DNA from: Macrostomum lignano
Lineage: Eukaryota
Direction of reading: 5' to 3'
Assembly: GCA_002269645.1 (NCBI GenBank)
Contig: NIVC01000909.1
Span: 242,258 to 306,257 of the forward strand
Length of the DNA: 64,000 nucleotides
Both the position numbers and the translations under genes were made by a program. Shown piece by piece: positions 29,630-49,085 of this stretch. The notes beneath the pieces were generated by a model. The model was given only the letters and a program-made list of their open reading frames with translations, was not told where the DNA came from and searched no databases. Positions within the stretch are counted from its first letter, which is position 1; each line of letters begins with the position of its first letter.

Positions 29630-30265
29630 CTCCTACAATCTTCTCTTACATCCTTCCTAGAATCTTCTCTACACCCTTCCTAGATTCTTCTCTACATCCT
29701 TTCTAGAATCTTCTCTTACATCCTTCCTAGAATCGTCTCTACATCCTTTCTAGATTCTTCTCTACATCCTTTCTAGAATCTTCTCTACATCCTTTCTAGA
29801 ATCTTCTCTACATCCTTCCTAGAATCTTCTCTACACCCTTCCTAGATTCTTTTCTACATCCTTTCTAGAATCTTCTCTACATTCTTCCTAGAATCGTCTC
29901 TACATCTTTCCAAGAATCGTCTCTACATCTTTCCAAGAATCGTCTCTACATCTTTCCTTGATTCTTCTCTACATTCTTCCTAGAATCTTCTCTACATCCT
30001 TTCTAGAATCGTCTCTACATCCTTTCTAGAATCGTTTCTACATCTTTCCTTGATTCTTCTCTACATCCTTTCTAGAATCTTCTCTACATCCTTTCTAGAA
30101 TCTTCTCTACATCCTTCCTAGATTCTTCTCTACATTCTTCCTAGAATCGTCTCTACATATTTCCTAGATTCTTCTCTACATTCTTCCTAGAATCGTCTCT
30201 ACATATTTCCTAGATTCTTCTCTACATTCTTCCTAGAATCTTCTCTACATATTTCCTAGAATCTC
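29630..30265. repeat. Diverged 23-bp minisatellite related to the 8-kb array
   Basis: Unit tctagaatcttctctacatcctt. Confidence 0.9.
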
Positions 30266-30633
30266 TCCTAGAGGCGTTGAATAAATGCGGTAGAGAACAC
30301 AATTTACAAGTGTTACTATTTTAAGCAAAAGTACGAGTATAAGTCTTCGTATTCAAAATGAAATCCCGTGTGTCATTTGGCTTATCTGTGAGAGAACGCG
30401 CTGGTTTCCCAAGCCACTTAGAATTGAGTCTGTCCAGCGCTCAGGCCATCTGTAGGTTTTTTAGTCTCCTTGATCTGCTGCAATTCAGATTCCAGCAACA
30501 GCTCTTTCTGCTCCATCTCGCCATCTCTCACCGCAACTGCCTTTTTTGAGATTCGCGTGTTTTGTCTGTCCGAGGTGCTTCCTCATGAATTCTCTGTCGA
30601 ACTTCTCTGGCGACATCCCAGTTGCTGAATGAT

Positions 30634-30920
30634 GGGGGCTGTAGCCTTGTGGTTAAGAGTGTCAAGTTCACGACTGAAAGGTCAGGGGTTCGATTCTCGA
30701 CTCACGAGGAACATTTTGTGTAAATTGAGCGAGACACCTAACTCTGCATTGCTTCATTTAACACAGCTGTAAAATGGGTGCCAGCATTAGCTGGGGTAAT
30801 TGAGGCTGGGTGTGGCGACTTCCCAGTCCTTGGACTGAACCTTGAGATGCGCCACGTAATATCTGCAGCTGAGCTGTCGGTTGCACATCTGGCCATTAGG
30901 CAGGTGTGATCAATTATTTT
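30634..30920 (+). mobile_element. tRNA-derived CORE-type SINE, copy 1
   Basis: A box TAGCCTTGTGG and B box GGTTCGATTC; central gagcgagacacctaactc..ctgtaaaatggg resembles the MIR/CORE domain; homologous to 53853-54158. Confidence 0.8.
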
Positions 30921-30979
30921 TTATTGGTACGAGCATTAAATGATTGTTGTCAGTGCTAGCTTGAATTTAATTCTGATCC

Positions 30980-32400
30980 AGGGCTGATTGGGCTCATCAG
31001 TTGGACCTTCACCCACTTGTTGTAGGCATCAGTTATGCCAAACAAAATTTGCTGTTAACGTGCTCGCGGTTTCACTTTTCTGTTGTCACCTGAACTGCAT
31101 GCTTTGGCCTTTGAGTTCAAAGTCCCAGTCGATTCGAAGACCACCAAACACACTGTCGAGCTATAGATTTCATCATCTTAGCTGTCCATCATCAAGTTTG
31201 CTATGAAAATTGGCCACGCGAGATTGGGACCACAATTCTGATTCCTCAAAGCAGAATTGCACCCTTGATAGGCAGCTCCTACTTTTGATAGAAGTATCCC
31301 CCTTCGTTCAATGGAAAATCTAGTATCATGTGTTGCAGAGAGCTTACATTAAACTGCTGTGACTCGGCGCATGCTGACTGCAGCCTTGATAAAGCATCGA
31401 CCACCGGGATCTGGTTCTGAGGCATTTTTGCCGGATCAAGGATGTACTTAAATGGATGATGGTCAGTCAACAGTGTGAACTTGCGCCCATCCGAGGCGAA
31501 CGACTTGGTCACTTCTGACTTGGAAATCGTCTTGATTTTGTTTTTGTTAAATGTAGACCGCTCCTCCACGTCCCAACTCCACTTCTCATCTTTCTGCTTT
31601 GATGTCCATCTTTTCAACTGCTTGGGCAGCTTGCTTCTCCAGTAATTTTCAATCCCAGAAATTATATATTCGCTTGCTTCTGGTTGACTCTTTTGTGAAG
31701 TAGACATCCACGTTCTTCTCCAGCTCTGTTTGACCAGTTCGGGGATGATTGACAGGCACTATAATGTTAGTTGTTAGATGAGTGATGAAGCATCCGCTCG
31801 AGTGTCAACCACCGCATCATCTGCGGTTCCGTTGATGCAAATCGAGAATCCTATGTTGGCGAAACAGGAAAAATGGTTTTACTGCTCATCAACCAGCCTT
31901 TGTTTTGTTCACTACAAGTTGTTGCTGCACGAGTCGAGTCCTTGAATTTACCTGCTGTGTTCTGCGCTGGGGTTTTGAGATCTTTCTTACCGTCTTCAGG
32001 TGGCCTGTCTTGCTGCAATTATCTTATTTAAGCGCGCTTTGTGCCGGTTTTCACTCTTGGTGCGGCCCGATTTTTCCCAGCAAAAGCAAGTGGCTGTTTT
32101 TCCCCCTCTTTCCTGCTTGGTGTGTTTGTAAGTTTTTGTTCCTTTGATCTTTCCAGTGCCGTTGAGGGAGACTGGCTTGTAGGCTGTGAAAAACACGGGA
32201 CGTTCGTGTCCATCTCACCGTTTTGTACATACAGCCTCACCCGCCGCAGCGACCGCAGTGATACTCGTCCAGGTCAGACCGTTTCCTTTCTCGGACAGCA
32301 ATTTTCGCAAGATTTTCTTGCTGTGGAGACCAAACAATTAGAAACTGGTCGCGAAGACTCTCCGAGCCGTAAACATATTTTGCGACCCTCCAAAAATTGC
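30980..32400 (-). mobile_element. Heavily deleted Gypsy relic (gag, PR, RNase H and integrase scraps)
   Basis: LFGLHSKKILRKLLSEKGNGLTW (gag), VVDTRADASSLI (PR-like), GRKFTLLTDHHP..DALSRL (RNase H), GITDAYNKWVKVQLM (integrase). Confidence 0.7.
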
Positions 32401-32664
32401 TTCAGTCTGTGACTGTTAAATTAGGATGCTGTCTCTGCTCTCTTGTTGGGCCCAAAAAGAACGTAATGGCTCAGATCTTTAGTTTTTCTAATCGGTTCGT
32501 TTTATTTGTGCTTTTATGCTGCAGCTCTTTTTAGCTACCGGAAATCCAGTGCGGTACACTCGTGGCAGAAATAAGAGCCATAAAAAATCAATTTGCAAAT
32601 ATTCTTACTTAAAGCACTTATGAAATATATGCTAATTTTTTCTGGAATTGTATTTACATCTATC

Positions 32665-35600
32665 TTTCCTAGAATCGTCTCTATACCTTTCCTAGAATCG
32701 TCTCTATACCTTTCCTAGAATCGTCTCTATACCTTTCCTAGAATCGTCTCTATACCTTTCCTAGAATCGTCTCTATACCTTTCCTAGAATCGTCTCTATA
32801 CCTTTCCTAGAATCGTCTCTATACCTTTCCTAGAATCGTCTCTATACCTTTCCTAGAATCGTCTCTATACCTTTCCTAGAATCGTCTCTATACCTTTCCT
32901 AGAATCGTCTCTATACCTTTCCTAGAATCGTCTCTATACCTTTCCTAGAATCGTCTCTATACCTTTCCTAGAATCGTCTCTATACCTTTCCTAGAATCGT
33001 CTCTATACCTTTCCTAGAATCGTCTCTATACCTTTCCTAGAATCGTCTCTATACCTTTCCTAGAATCGTCTCTATACCTTTCCTAGAATCGTCTCTATAC
33101 CTTTCCTAGAATCGTCTCTATACCTTTCCTAGAATCGTCTCTATACCTTTCCTAGAATCGTCTCTATACCTTTCCTAGAATCGTCTCTATACCTTTCCTA
33201 GAATCGTCTCTATACCTTTCCTAGAATCGTCTCTATACCTTTCCTAGAATCGTCTCTATACCTTTCCTAGAATCGTCTCTATACCTTTCCTAGAATCGTC
33301 TCTATACCTTTCCTAGAATCGTCTCTATACCTTTCCTAGAATCGTCTCTATACCTTTCCTAGAATCGTCTCTATACCTTTCCTAGAATCGTCTCTATACC
33401 TTTCCTAGAATCGTCTCTATACCTTTCCTAGAATCGTCTCTATACCTTTCCTAGAATCGTCTCTATACCTTTCCTAGAATCGTCTCTATACCTTTCCTAG
33501 AATCGTCTCTATACCTTTCCTAGAATCGTCTCTATACCTTTCCTAGAATCGTCTCTATACCTTTCCTAGAATCGTCTCTATACCTTTCCTAGAATCGTCT
33601 CTATACCTTTCCTAGAATCGTCTCTATACCTTTCCTAGAATCGTCTCTATACCTTTCCTAGAATCGTCTCTATACCTTTCCTAGAATCGTCTCTATACCT
33701 TTCCTAGAATCGTCTCTATACCTTTCCTAGAATCGTCTCTATACCTTTCCTAGAATCGTCTCTATACCTTTCCTAGAATCGTCTCTATACCTTTCCTAGA
33801 ATCGTCTCTATACCTTTCCTAGAATCGTCTCTATACCTTTCCTAGAATCGTCTCTATACCTTTCCTAGAATCGTCTCTATACCTTTCCTAGAATCGTCTC
33901 TATACCTTTCCTAGAATCGTCTCTATACCTTTCCTAGAATCGTCTCTATACCTTTCCTAGAATCGTCTCTATACCTTTCCTAGAATCGTCTCTATACCTT
34001 TCCTAGAATCGTCTCTATACCTTTCCTAGAATCGTCTCTATACCTTTCCTAGAATCGTCTCTATACCTTTCCTAGAATCGTCTCTATACCTTTCTAGAAT
34101 CGTCTCTATACCTTTCCTAGAATCGTCTCTATACCTTTCCTAGAATCGTCTCTATACCTTTCCTAGAATCGTCTCTATACCTTTCCTAGAATCGTCTCTA
34201 TACCTTTCCTAGAATCGTCTCTATACCTTTCCTAGAATCGTCTCTATACCTTTCCTAGAATCGTCTCTATACCTTTCCTAGAATCGTCTCTATACCTTTC
34301 CTAGAATCGTCTCTATACCTTTCCTAGAATCGTCTCTATACCTTTCCTAGAATCGTCTCTATACCTTTCCTAGAATCGTCTCTATACCTTTCCTAGAATC
34401 GTCTCTATACCTTTCCTAGAATCGTCTCTATACCTTTCCTAGAATCGTCTCTATACCTTTCCTAGAATCGTCTCTATACCTTTCCTAGAATCGTCTCTAT
34501 ACCTTTCCTAGAATCGTCTCTATACCTTTCCTAGAATCGTCTCTATACCTTTCCTAGAATCGTCTCTATACCTTTCCTAGAATCGTCTCTATACCTTTCC
34601 TAGAATCGTCTCTATACCTTTCCTAGAATCGTCTCTATACCTTTCCTAGAATCGTCTCTATACCTTTCCTAGAATCGTCTCTATACCTTTCCTAGAATCG
34701 TCTCTATACCTTTCCTAGAATCGTCTCTATACCTTTCCTAGAATCGTCTCTATACCTTTCCTAGAATCGTCTCTATACCTTTCCTAGAATCGTCTCTATA
34801 CCTTTCCTAGAATCGTCTCTATACCTTTCCTAGAATCGTCTCTATACCTTTCCTAGAATCGTCTCTATACCTTTCCTAGAATCGTCTCTATACCTTTCCT
34901 AGAATCGTCTCTATACCTTTCCTAGAATCGTCTCTATACCTTTCCTAGAATCGTCTCTATACCTTTCCTAGAATCGTCTCTATACCTTTCCTAGAATCGT
35001 CTCTATACCTTTCCTAGAATCGTCTCTATACCTTTCCTAGAATCGTCTCTATACCTTTCCTAGAATCGTCTCTATACCTTTCCTAGAATCGTCTCTATAC
35101 CTTTCCTAGAATCGTCTCTATACCTTTCCTAGAATCGTCTCTATACCTTTCCTAGAATCGTCTCTATACCTTTCCTAGAATCGTCTCTATACCTTTCCTA
35201 GAATCGTCTCTATACCTTTCCTAGAATCGTCTCTATACCTTTCCTAGAATCGTCTCTATACCTTTCCTAGAATCGTCTCTATACCTTTCCTAGAATCGTC
35301 TCTATACCTTTCCTAGAATCGTCTCTATACCTTTCCTAGAATCGTCTCTATACCTTTCCTAGAATCGTCTCTATACCTTTCCTAGAATCGTCTCTATACC
35401 TTTCCTAGAATCGTCTCTATACCTTTCCTAGAATCGTCTCTATACCTTTCCTAGAATCGTCTCTATACCTTTCCTAGAATCGTCTCTATACCTTTCCTAG
35501 AATCGTCTCTATACCTTTCCTAGAATCGTCTCTATACCTTTCCTAGAATCGTCTCTATACCTTTCCTAGAATCGTCTCTATACCTTTCCTAGAATCGTCT

Positions 35601-38600
35601 CTATACCTTTCCTAGAATCGTCTCTATACCTTTCCTAGAATCGTCTCTATACCTTTCCTAGAATCGTCTCTATACCTTTCCTAGAATCGTCTCTATATTT
35701 CCTAGAATCGTCTCTATACCTTTCCTAGAATCGTCTCTATACCTTTCCTAGAATCGTCTCTATACCTTTCCTAGAATCGTCTCTATACCTTTCCTAGAAT
35801 CGTCTCTATACCTTTCCTAGAATCGTCTCTATACCTTTCCTAGAATCGTCTCTATACCTTTCCTAGAATCGTCTCTATACCTTTCCTAGAATCGTCTCTA
35901 TACCTTTCTCAGAATCGTCTCTATACCTTTCTCAGAATCGTCTCTATACCTTTCCTAGAATCGTCTCTATACCTTTCCTAGAATCGTCTCTATACCTTTC
36001 CTAGAATCGTCTCTATACCTTTCCTAGAATCGTCTCTATACCTTTCCTAGAATCGTCTCTATACCTTTCCTAGAATCGTCTCTATACCTTTCCTAGAATC
36101 GTCTCTATACCTTTCCTAGAATCGTCTCTATACCTTTCCTAGAATCGTCTCTATACCTTTCCTAGAATCGTCTCTATACCTTTCCTAGAATCGTCTCTAT
36201 ACCTTTCCTAGAATCGTCTCTATACCTTTCCTAGAATCGTCTCTATACCTTTCCTAGAATCGTCTCTATACCTTTCCTAGAATCGTCTCTATACCTTTCC
36301 TAGAATCGTCTCTATACCTTTCCTAGAATCGTCTCTATACCTTTCCTAGAATCGTCTCTATACCTTTCCTAGAATCGTCTCTATACCTTTCCTAGAATCG
36401 TCTCTATACCTTTCCTAGAATCGTCTCTATACCTTTCCTAGAATCGTCTCTATACCTTTCCTAGAATCGTCTCTATACCTTTCCTAGAATCGTCTCTATA
36501 CCTTTCCTAGAATCGTCTCTATACCTTTCCTAGAATCGTCTCTATACCTTTCCTAGAATCGTCTCTATACCTTTCCTAGAATCGTCTCTATACCTTTCCT
36601 AGAATCGTCTCTATACCTTTCCTAGAATCGTCTCTATACCTTTCCTAGAATCGTCTCTATACCTTTCCTAGAATCGTCTCTATACCTTTCCTAGAATCGT
36701 CTCTATACCTTTCCTAGAATCGTCTCTATACCTTTCCTAGAATCGTCTCTATACCTTTCCTAGAATCGTCTCTATACCTTTCCTAGAATCGTATCTATAC
36801 CTTTCCTAGAATCGTATCTATACCTTTCCTAGAATCGTCTCTATACCTTTCCTAGAATCGTCTCTATACCTTTCCTAGAATCGTCTCTATACCTTTCCTA
36901 GAATCGTCTCTATACCTTTCCTAGAATCGTCTCTATACCTTTCTAGAATCGTCTCTATACTTTCCTAGAATCGTCTCTATACCTTTCCTAGAATCGTCTC
37001 TATACCTTTCCTAGAATCGTCTCTATACCTTTCTAGAATCGTCTCTATACTTTCCTAGAATCGTCTCTATACCTTTCCTAGAATCGTCTCTATACCTTTC
37101 TAGAATCGTCTCTATAACCTTTCCTAGAATCGTATCTATACCTTTCCTAGAATCGTCTCTATACCTTTCCTAGAATCGTCTCTATACCTTTCCTAGAATC
37201 GTCTCTATACCTTTCCTAGAATCGTCTCTATACCTTTCCTAGAATCGTCTCTATACCTTTCCTAGAATCGTCTCTATACCTTTCCTAGAATCGTCTCTAT
37301 ACCTTTCCTAGAATCGTCTCTATACCTTTCCTAGAATCGTCTCTATACCTTTCCTAGAATCGTCTCTATACCTTTCCTAGAATCGTCTCTATACCTTTCT
37401 AGAATCGTCTCTATACCTTTCCTAGAATCGTCTCTATATTTCCTAGAATCGTCTCTATACCTTTCCTAGAATCGTCTCTATACCTTTCCTAGAATCGTCT
37501 CTATACCTTTCCTAGAATCGTCTCTATACCTTTCCTAGAATCGTCTCTATACCTTTCCTAGAATCGTCTCTATACCTTTCCTAGAATCGTCTCTATACCT
37601 TTCCTAGAATCGTCTCTATACCTTTCCTAGAATCGTCTCTATACCTTTCCTAGAATCGTCTCTATACCTTTCCTAGAATCGTCTCTATACCTTTCCTAGA
37701 ATCGTCTCTATACCTTTCCTAGAATCGTCTCTATACCTTTCCTAGAATCGTCTCTATACCTTTCCTAGAATCGTCTCTATACCTTTCCTAGAATCGTATC
37801 TATACCTTTCCTAGAATCGTCTCTATACCTTTCCTAGAATCGTATCTATACCTTTCTAGAATCGTCTCTATAACTTTCCTAGAATCGTCTCTATACCTTT
37901 CCTAGAATCGTCTCTATACCTTTCCTAGAATCGTCTCTATACCTTTCCTAGAATCGTCTCTATACCTTTCCTAGAATCGTCTCTATACCTTTCCTAGAAT
38001 CGTCTCTATACCTTTCCTAGAATCGTCTCTATACCTTTCCTAGAATCGTCTCTATACCTTTCCTAGAATCGTCTCTATACCTTTCCTAGAATCGTCTCTA
38101 TACCTTTCCTAGAATCGTCTCTATACCTTTCCTAGAATCGTCTCTATACCTTTCCTAGAATCGTCTCTATACCTTTCCTAGAATTGTCTCTATACCTTTC
38201 CTAGAATCGTCTCTATACCTTTCCTAGAATCGTATCTATACCTTTCCTAGAATCGTCTCTATACCTTTCTAGAATCGTCTCTATACCTTTCCTAGAATCG
38301 TCTCTATACCTTTCCTAGAATCGTCTCTATACCTTTCCTAGAATCGTCTCTATACCTTTCCTAGAATCGTCTCTATACCTTTTCTAGAATCGTCTCTATA
38401 ACTTTCCTAGAATCGTCTCTATACCTTTCCTAGAATCGTCTCTATACCTTTCCTAGAATCGTCTCTATACCTTTTCTAGAATCGTCTCTATAACTTTCCT
38501 AGAATCGTCTCTATACCTTTCCTAGAATCGTCTCTATACCTTTTCTAGAATCGTCTCTATAACTTTCCTAGAATCGTATCTATACCTTTCCTAGAATCGT

Positions 38601-40640
38601 CTCTATACCTTTCCTAGAATCGTCTCTATACCTTTCCTAGAATCGTCTCTATACCTTTCCTAGAATCGTCTCTATAAATTTCCTAGAATCGTCTCTATAC
38701 CTTTCCTAGAATCGTCTCTATACCTTTCCTAGAATCGTCTCTATACCTTTCCTAGAATCGTCTCTATACCTTTCCTAGAATCGTCTCTATACCTTTCCTA
38801 GAATCGTCTCTATACCTTTCCTAGAATCGTCTCTATACCTTTCCTAGAATCGTCTCTATACCTTTCCTAGAATCGTCTCTATACCTTTCTCAGAATCGTC
38901 TCTATACCTTTCCTAGAATCGTCTCTATAACTTTCCTAGAATCGTCTCTATACCTTTCCTAGAATCGTCTCTATACCTTTCCTAGAATCGTCTCTATACC
39001 TTTCCTAGAATCGTCTCTATACCTTTCCTAGAATCGTCTCTATACCTTTCCTAGAATCGTCTCTATACCTTTCCTAGAATTGTCTCTATACCTTTCCTAG
39101 AATCGTCTCTATACCTTTCCTAGAATCGTCTCTATACCTTTCCTAGAATCGTCTCTATACCTTTCCTAGAATCGTCTCTATACCTTTCCTAGAATCGTCT
39201 CTATACCTTTCCTAGAATCGTCTCTATACCTTTCCTAGAATCGTCTCTATACCTTTCCTAGAATTGTCTCTATACCTTTCCTAGAATCGTCTCTATACCT
39301 TTCCTAGAATCGTATCTATACCTTTCCTAGAATCGTCTCTATACCTTTCCTAGAATCGTATCTATACCTTTTCTAGAATAGTCTCTATAACTTTCCTAGA
39401 ATCGTCTCTATACCTTTCCTAGAATCGTCTCTATACCTTTCCTAGAATCGTCTCTATACCTTTCCTAGAATCGTCTCTATACCTTTCCTAGAATCGTCTC
39501 TATACCTTTCCTAGAATCGTCTCTATACCTTTCCTAGAATCGTCTCTATACCTTTCCTAGAATCGTCTCTATATCTTTCCTAGAATCGTCTCTATACCTT
39601 TCCTAGAATCGTCTCTATACCTTTCCTAGAATCGTCTCTATACCTTTCCTAGAATCGTCTCTATACCTTTCCTAGAATCGTCTCTATACCTTTCCTAGAA
39701 TCGTCTCTATACCTTTCCTAGAATTGTCTCTATACCTTTCCTAGAATCGTCTCTATACCTTTCCTAGAATCGTATCTATACCTTTCCTAGAATCGTATCT
39801 ATACCTTTCGTAGAATCGTCTCTATACCTTTCCTAGAATCGTCTCTATACCTTTCCTAGAATCGTCTCTATACCTTTCCTAGAATCGTCTCTATACCTTT
39901 CCTAGAATCGTCTCTATACCTTTTCTAGAATCGTCTCTATAACTTTCCTAGAATCGTCTCTATACCTTTCCTAGAATCGTCTCTATACCTTTCCTAGAAT
40001 CGTCTCTATACCTTTTCTAGAATCGTCTCTATAACTTTCCTAGAATCGTCTCTATACCTTTCCTAGAATCGTCTCTATACCTTTTCTAGAATCGTCTCTA
40101 TAACTTTCCTAGAATCGTATCTATACCTTTCCTAGAATCGTCTCTATACCTTTCCTAGAATCGTCTCTATACCTTTCCTAGAATCGTCTCTATACCTTTC
40201 CTAGAATCGTCTCTATAAATTTCCTAGAATCGTCTCTATACCTTTCCTAGAATCGTGTCTATACCTTTCCTAGAATCGTCTCTATACCTTTCCTAGAATC
40301 GTCTCTATACCTTTCCTAGAATCGTCTCTATAAATTTCCTAGAATCGTCTCTATACCTTTCCTAGAATCGTCTCTATACCTTTCCTAGAATCGTCTCTAT
40401 ACCTTTCCTAGAATCGTCTCTATAACTTTCCTAGAATCGTCTCTATACCTTTCCTAGAATCGTCTCTATACCTTTCCTAGAATCGTCTCTATACCTTTCC
40501 TAGAATCGTCTCTATACCTTTCGTAGAATCGTCTCTATACCTTTCCTAGAATCGTCTCTATAAATTTCCTAGAATCGTCTCTATACCTTTCCTAGAATCG
40601 TCTCTATACCTTTCCTAGAATCATCTCTATAACTTTCCTA
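32665..40640. repeat. ~8-kb near-perfect 23-bp tandem array (~345 units)
   Basis: Unit cctagaatcgtctctataccttt; no spacers. Confidence 0.98.
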
Positions 40641-40649
40641 TAATCTGGT

Positions 40650-41337
40650 GGGGGTCTTTCTCGAAACTCACGTAAGTTCTATGGTAAGTTAGATCGTAAG
40701 AAAGAAATTTACGTGTAGCGTAAGTTTGCTCGTAAGACGCTTTCTCAAAACTCACTTAGACTTCGCGTGGCTTACGCTGTTCGTAAGTCGTATCTGAAAC
40801 GAAAAGTTGCATGTCTATGGTCATAAATCTGCAAATATCTTTACTTAGTCTATCGTAAGTTGCTTTCGAGAAAGACCCACCTTCGATAAAGTTTAACTTG
40901 ACTTGGCTTGACTAAAGCTTCACGCACTATGCGATTAGTGCTTAAGTGCGTCTTACGACTGATACCGAGCAGTCGTAGGGTTAAGATCAACCTTACGAAA
41001 GACCATAGACATACGAACGTTTCGAGAAACAGTCTTTTGCGCAAAGTTACGAACTCGTAAAGTTGCGATCAATCTTACGCATAGCTAACTTGCGAGCCCT
41101 TCGAGCAACCCGTAAGTGTAGCTTACTTACTCAAATTACGTCTATGGTCTATCGTAAGTTGCTTTCGAGAAAGACCCCCCTGGTCTACATCTTTTCAGCA
41201 ACACTGGGGGGTCTTTCTCGAAAGCAACTTACGATAGACTAAGTAAAGATATTTGCAGATGTATGACCATAGACATGCAACTTTTCGTTTCAGATACGAC
41301 TTACGAACAGCGTAAGCCACGCGAAGTCTAAGTGAGA
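40650..41337. mobile_element. PIF/Harbinger-like MITE (40650-41179) plus an adjacent inverted partial copy (41207-41337)
   Basis: TIR GGGGGTCTTTCTCGAAA / TTTCGAGAAAGACCCCC; flanks carry CTG/CTGGT; 41207-41337 is an almost perfect inverted copy of ~40752-40878. Confidence 0.7.
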
Positions 41338-41535
41338 AAAATTTTCTGGAAAAATTGCAATTATGAGTAAATATTTTTTGCCCAATCACAAAGAATCTTC
41401 GTGTAGTCTGCTCCTGCAAAGCAGAAAAAGCGGCATCCAAATGGGTTTCTTCAGCTTAAAAGGAGAATATCAGGATTTCTCAAACCCAGCGCGATTACGC
41501 CTAGCTTCACTACAGCATTTGCAACTTCTGCAAGA

Positions 41536-47147
<5,612 letters not shown>

Positions 47148-47624
47148 CGTGCGATCTTCCGCTGTGTGGGGAGTCAAACGTTCGGTTACGGGAAAATTAC
47201 AATGGCAAATTGATTTTTTAAATATTTTCTTTATCTTGACTATATCATTTTAGTAGTACTCCTGGGTCGAACGTCTTGCACTGTTTTCTAGGCTCTGTAT
47301 TGTTAATTCTTGGTGTCAAGTCAATGGCTTAGAGCCTTTGGGTCATCATAGCTCGTACTTTCCAGTTATGTTTATGTTATGACACTCGTTGAGGCTCTTT
47401 GACAGGAGCACCCTGGCTTAAGAGCCAGACGAGTCAACACTTAACTGTAAATCCTCTTGTTATCGATATGCGAGCGTAAGTGTACATCTGTATAAGCTTT
47501 GCAGTACTTTTAGGTTCAATATCTACCTTTAGACCCTCTTGCTATCATCTTGACCGACTGATTGTTTTCGCGCTTCTTTTTAATCTACCACGTAGATCTC
47601 TTCGACAAATGACAGGGGTTGACG

Positions 47625-47795
47625 CCCACAACAAGACAGGGACGCCCACCAAGAGACAGGGACGCTCACCAAGAGACAGGGACGCCCACCAAGAGACAGG
47701 GACGCCCACCAAGAGACAGGGACGCCCACCAAGAGACAGGGACGCCCACCAAGAGACAGGGACGCCCACCAAGAGACAGGGACGCCCACCAAGAC
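47625..47795. repeat. 21-bp minisatellite, inverted relative of 18467-18685
   Basis: Unit gacgcccaccaagagacaggg. Confidence 0.9.
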
Positions 47796-48127
47796 ACAAA
47801 ATATTGGAGACCCTTGGGGTGTTGCGCCCCAAGGGTTTTTAAATACTTGTAGTATTTCTAGAAATATTATTCTGCTTTGATCCGATAAATTTTAACCTTC
47901 TTCGTGTTTTAAATTTAAATCTATTCCCGAGTTTAGCACTGTGTTCAGGGCCATGAGAAGGTCCACTTAACTCAGTGCTGTGTCCGTTTGTTTACGTTTG
48001 TTTTTCGTATCATAATGTGTTTCTGTCAGATTATGGGATGAAATTTGCAAAATGAGTCGATTTTCGGCACCAAATTCCTTACCAAATTTTGTATCAAATT
48101 ATTTACCGAGTTGTGTAGCAAATTATG

Positions 48128-49085
48128 TACCAGATCTGTAGAAATTAAATTGTGTACCAGTTCTGTAGCAAATTGTGTACCAGATCTGTAGCAAATTGTG
48201 TACCAGATCTGTAGCAAATTGTGTACCAGATCTGTAGCAAATAATGTACCAGATCTGTAGCAAATTGTGTACCAGATCTGTAGCAAATTGTGTACCAGAT
48301 CTGTAGCAAATTGTGTACCAGATCTGTAGCAAATAATGTACCAGATCTGTAGCAAATTGTGTACCAGATCTGTAGCAAATTGTGTACCAGATCTGTAGCA
48401 AATTGTGTACCAGTTCTGTAGCAAATAATGTACCGGTTCTGTAGCAAATAATGTACCAGTTCTGTAGCAAATAATGTACCGGTTCTGTAGCAAATAATGT
48501 ACCAGTTCTGTAGCAAATTGTGTACCAGATCTGTAGCAAATTGTGTACCGGTTCTGTAGCAAATAATGTACCAGTTCTGTAGCAAATTGTGTACCAGATC
48601 TGTAGCAAATTGTGTACCAGATCTGTAGCAAATAATGTACCGGTTCTGTAGCAAATAATGTACCGGTTCTGTAGCAAATAATGTACCAGTTCCGTAGCAA
48701 CTCGTGTACCGGTTCTGTAGCAAATAATGTACCAGTTCTGTAGAAAATTACGTACGAGTTCTGTAACAAATTAGGTACCAGGTCTGTAGCAAATTACGTA
48801 CCAGTTCTGTAACAAATTAGGTACCAGGTCTGTAGCAATTAGGTACCAGTTCTGTAACAAATTAGGTACCAGTTCTGTAACAAATTAGGTACCAGGTCTG
48901 TAGCAAATTACGTACCAGTTCTGTAACAAATTAGGTACCAGGTCTGTAGCAATTAGGTACCAGTTCTGTAACAAATTAGGTACCAGTTCTGTAACAAATT
49001 AGGTACCAGGTCTGTAGCAATTAGGTACCAGTTCTGTAACAAATTAGGTACCAGTTCTGTAACAAATTAGGTACCAGTTCTTTAG
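48128..49085. repeat. 23-bp minisatellite
   Basis: Unit gtaccagatctgtagcaaattgt. Confidence 0.95.

Noticed and set aside
30400-30630. Minus-strand coiled-coil-like fragment (EMEQKELLLESELQQIKE)
   Set aside because: Short, interrupted by stops/frameshift, with no splice partners or family match.
30634-30710. tRNA gene (also at 53853-53930)
   Set aside because: No closable acceptor stem, and it continues into a shared SINE body in both copies.
32665-40640. CRISPR-like array
   Set aside because: The repeats are contiguous with no spacers, the context is eukaryotic, and there are no cas genes.
47385-47433. Imperfect hairpin 3' of EGR followed by ACA (H/ACA snoRNA, SECIS or pre-miRNA?)
   Set aside because: Short stems with large bulges; no convincing H box, second hairpin or SECIS core.
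48026-48769. Three long minus-strand ORFs
   Set aside because: Translations of a 23-bp tandem repeat.
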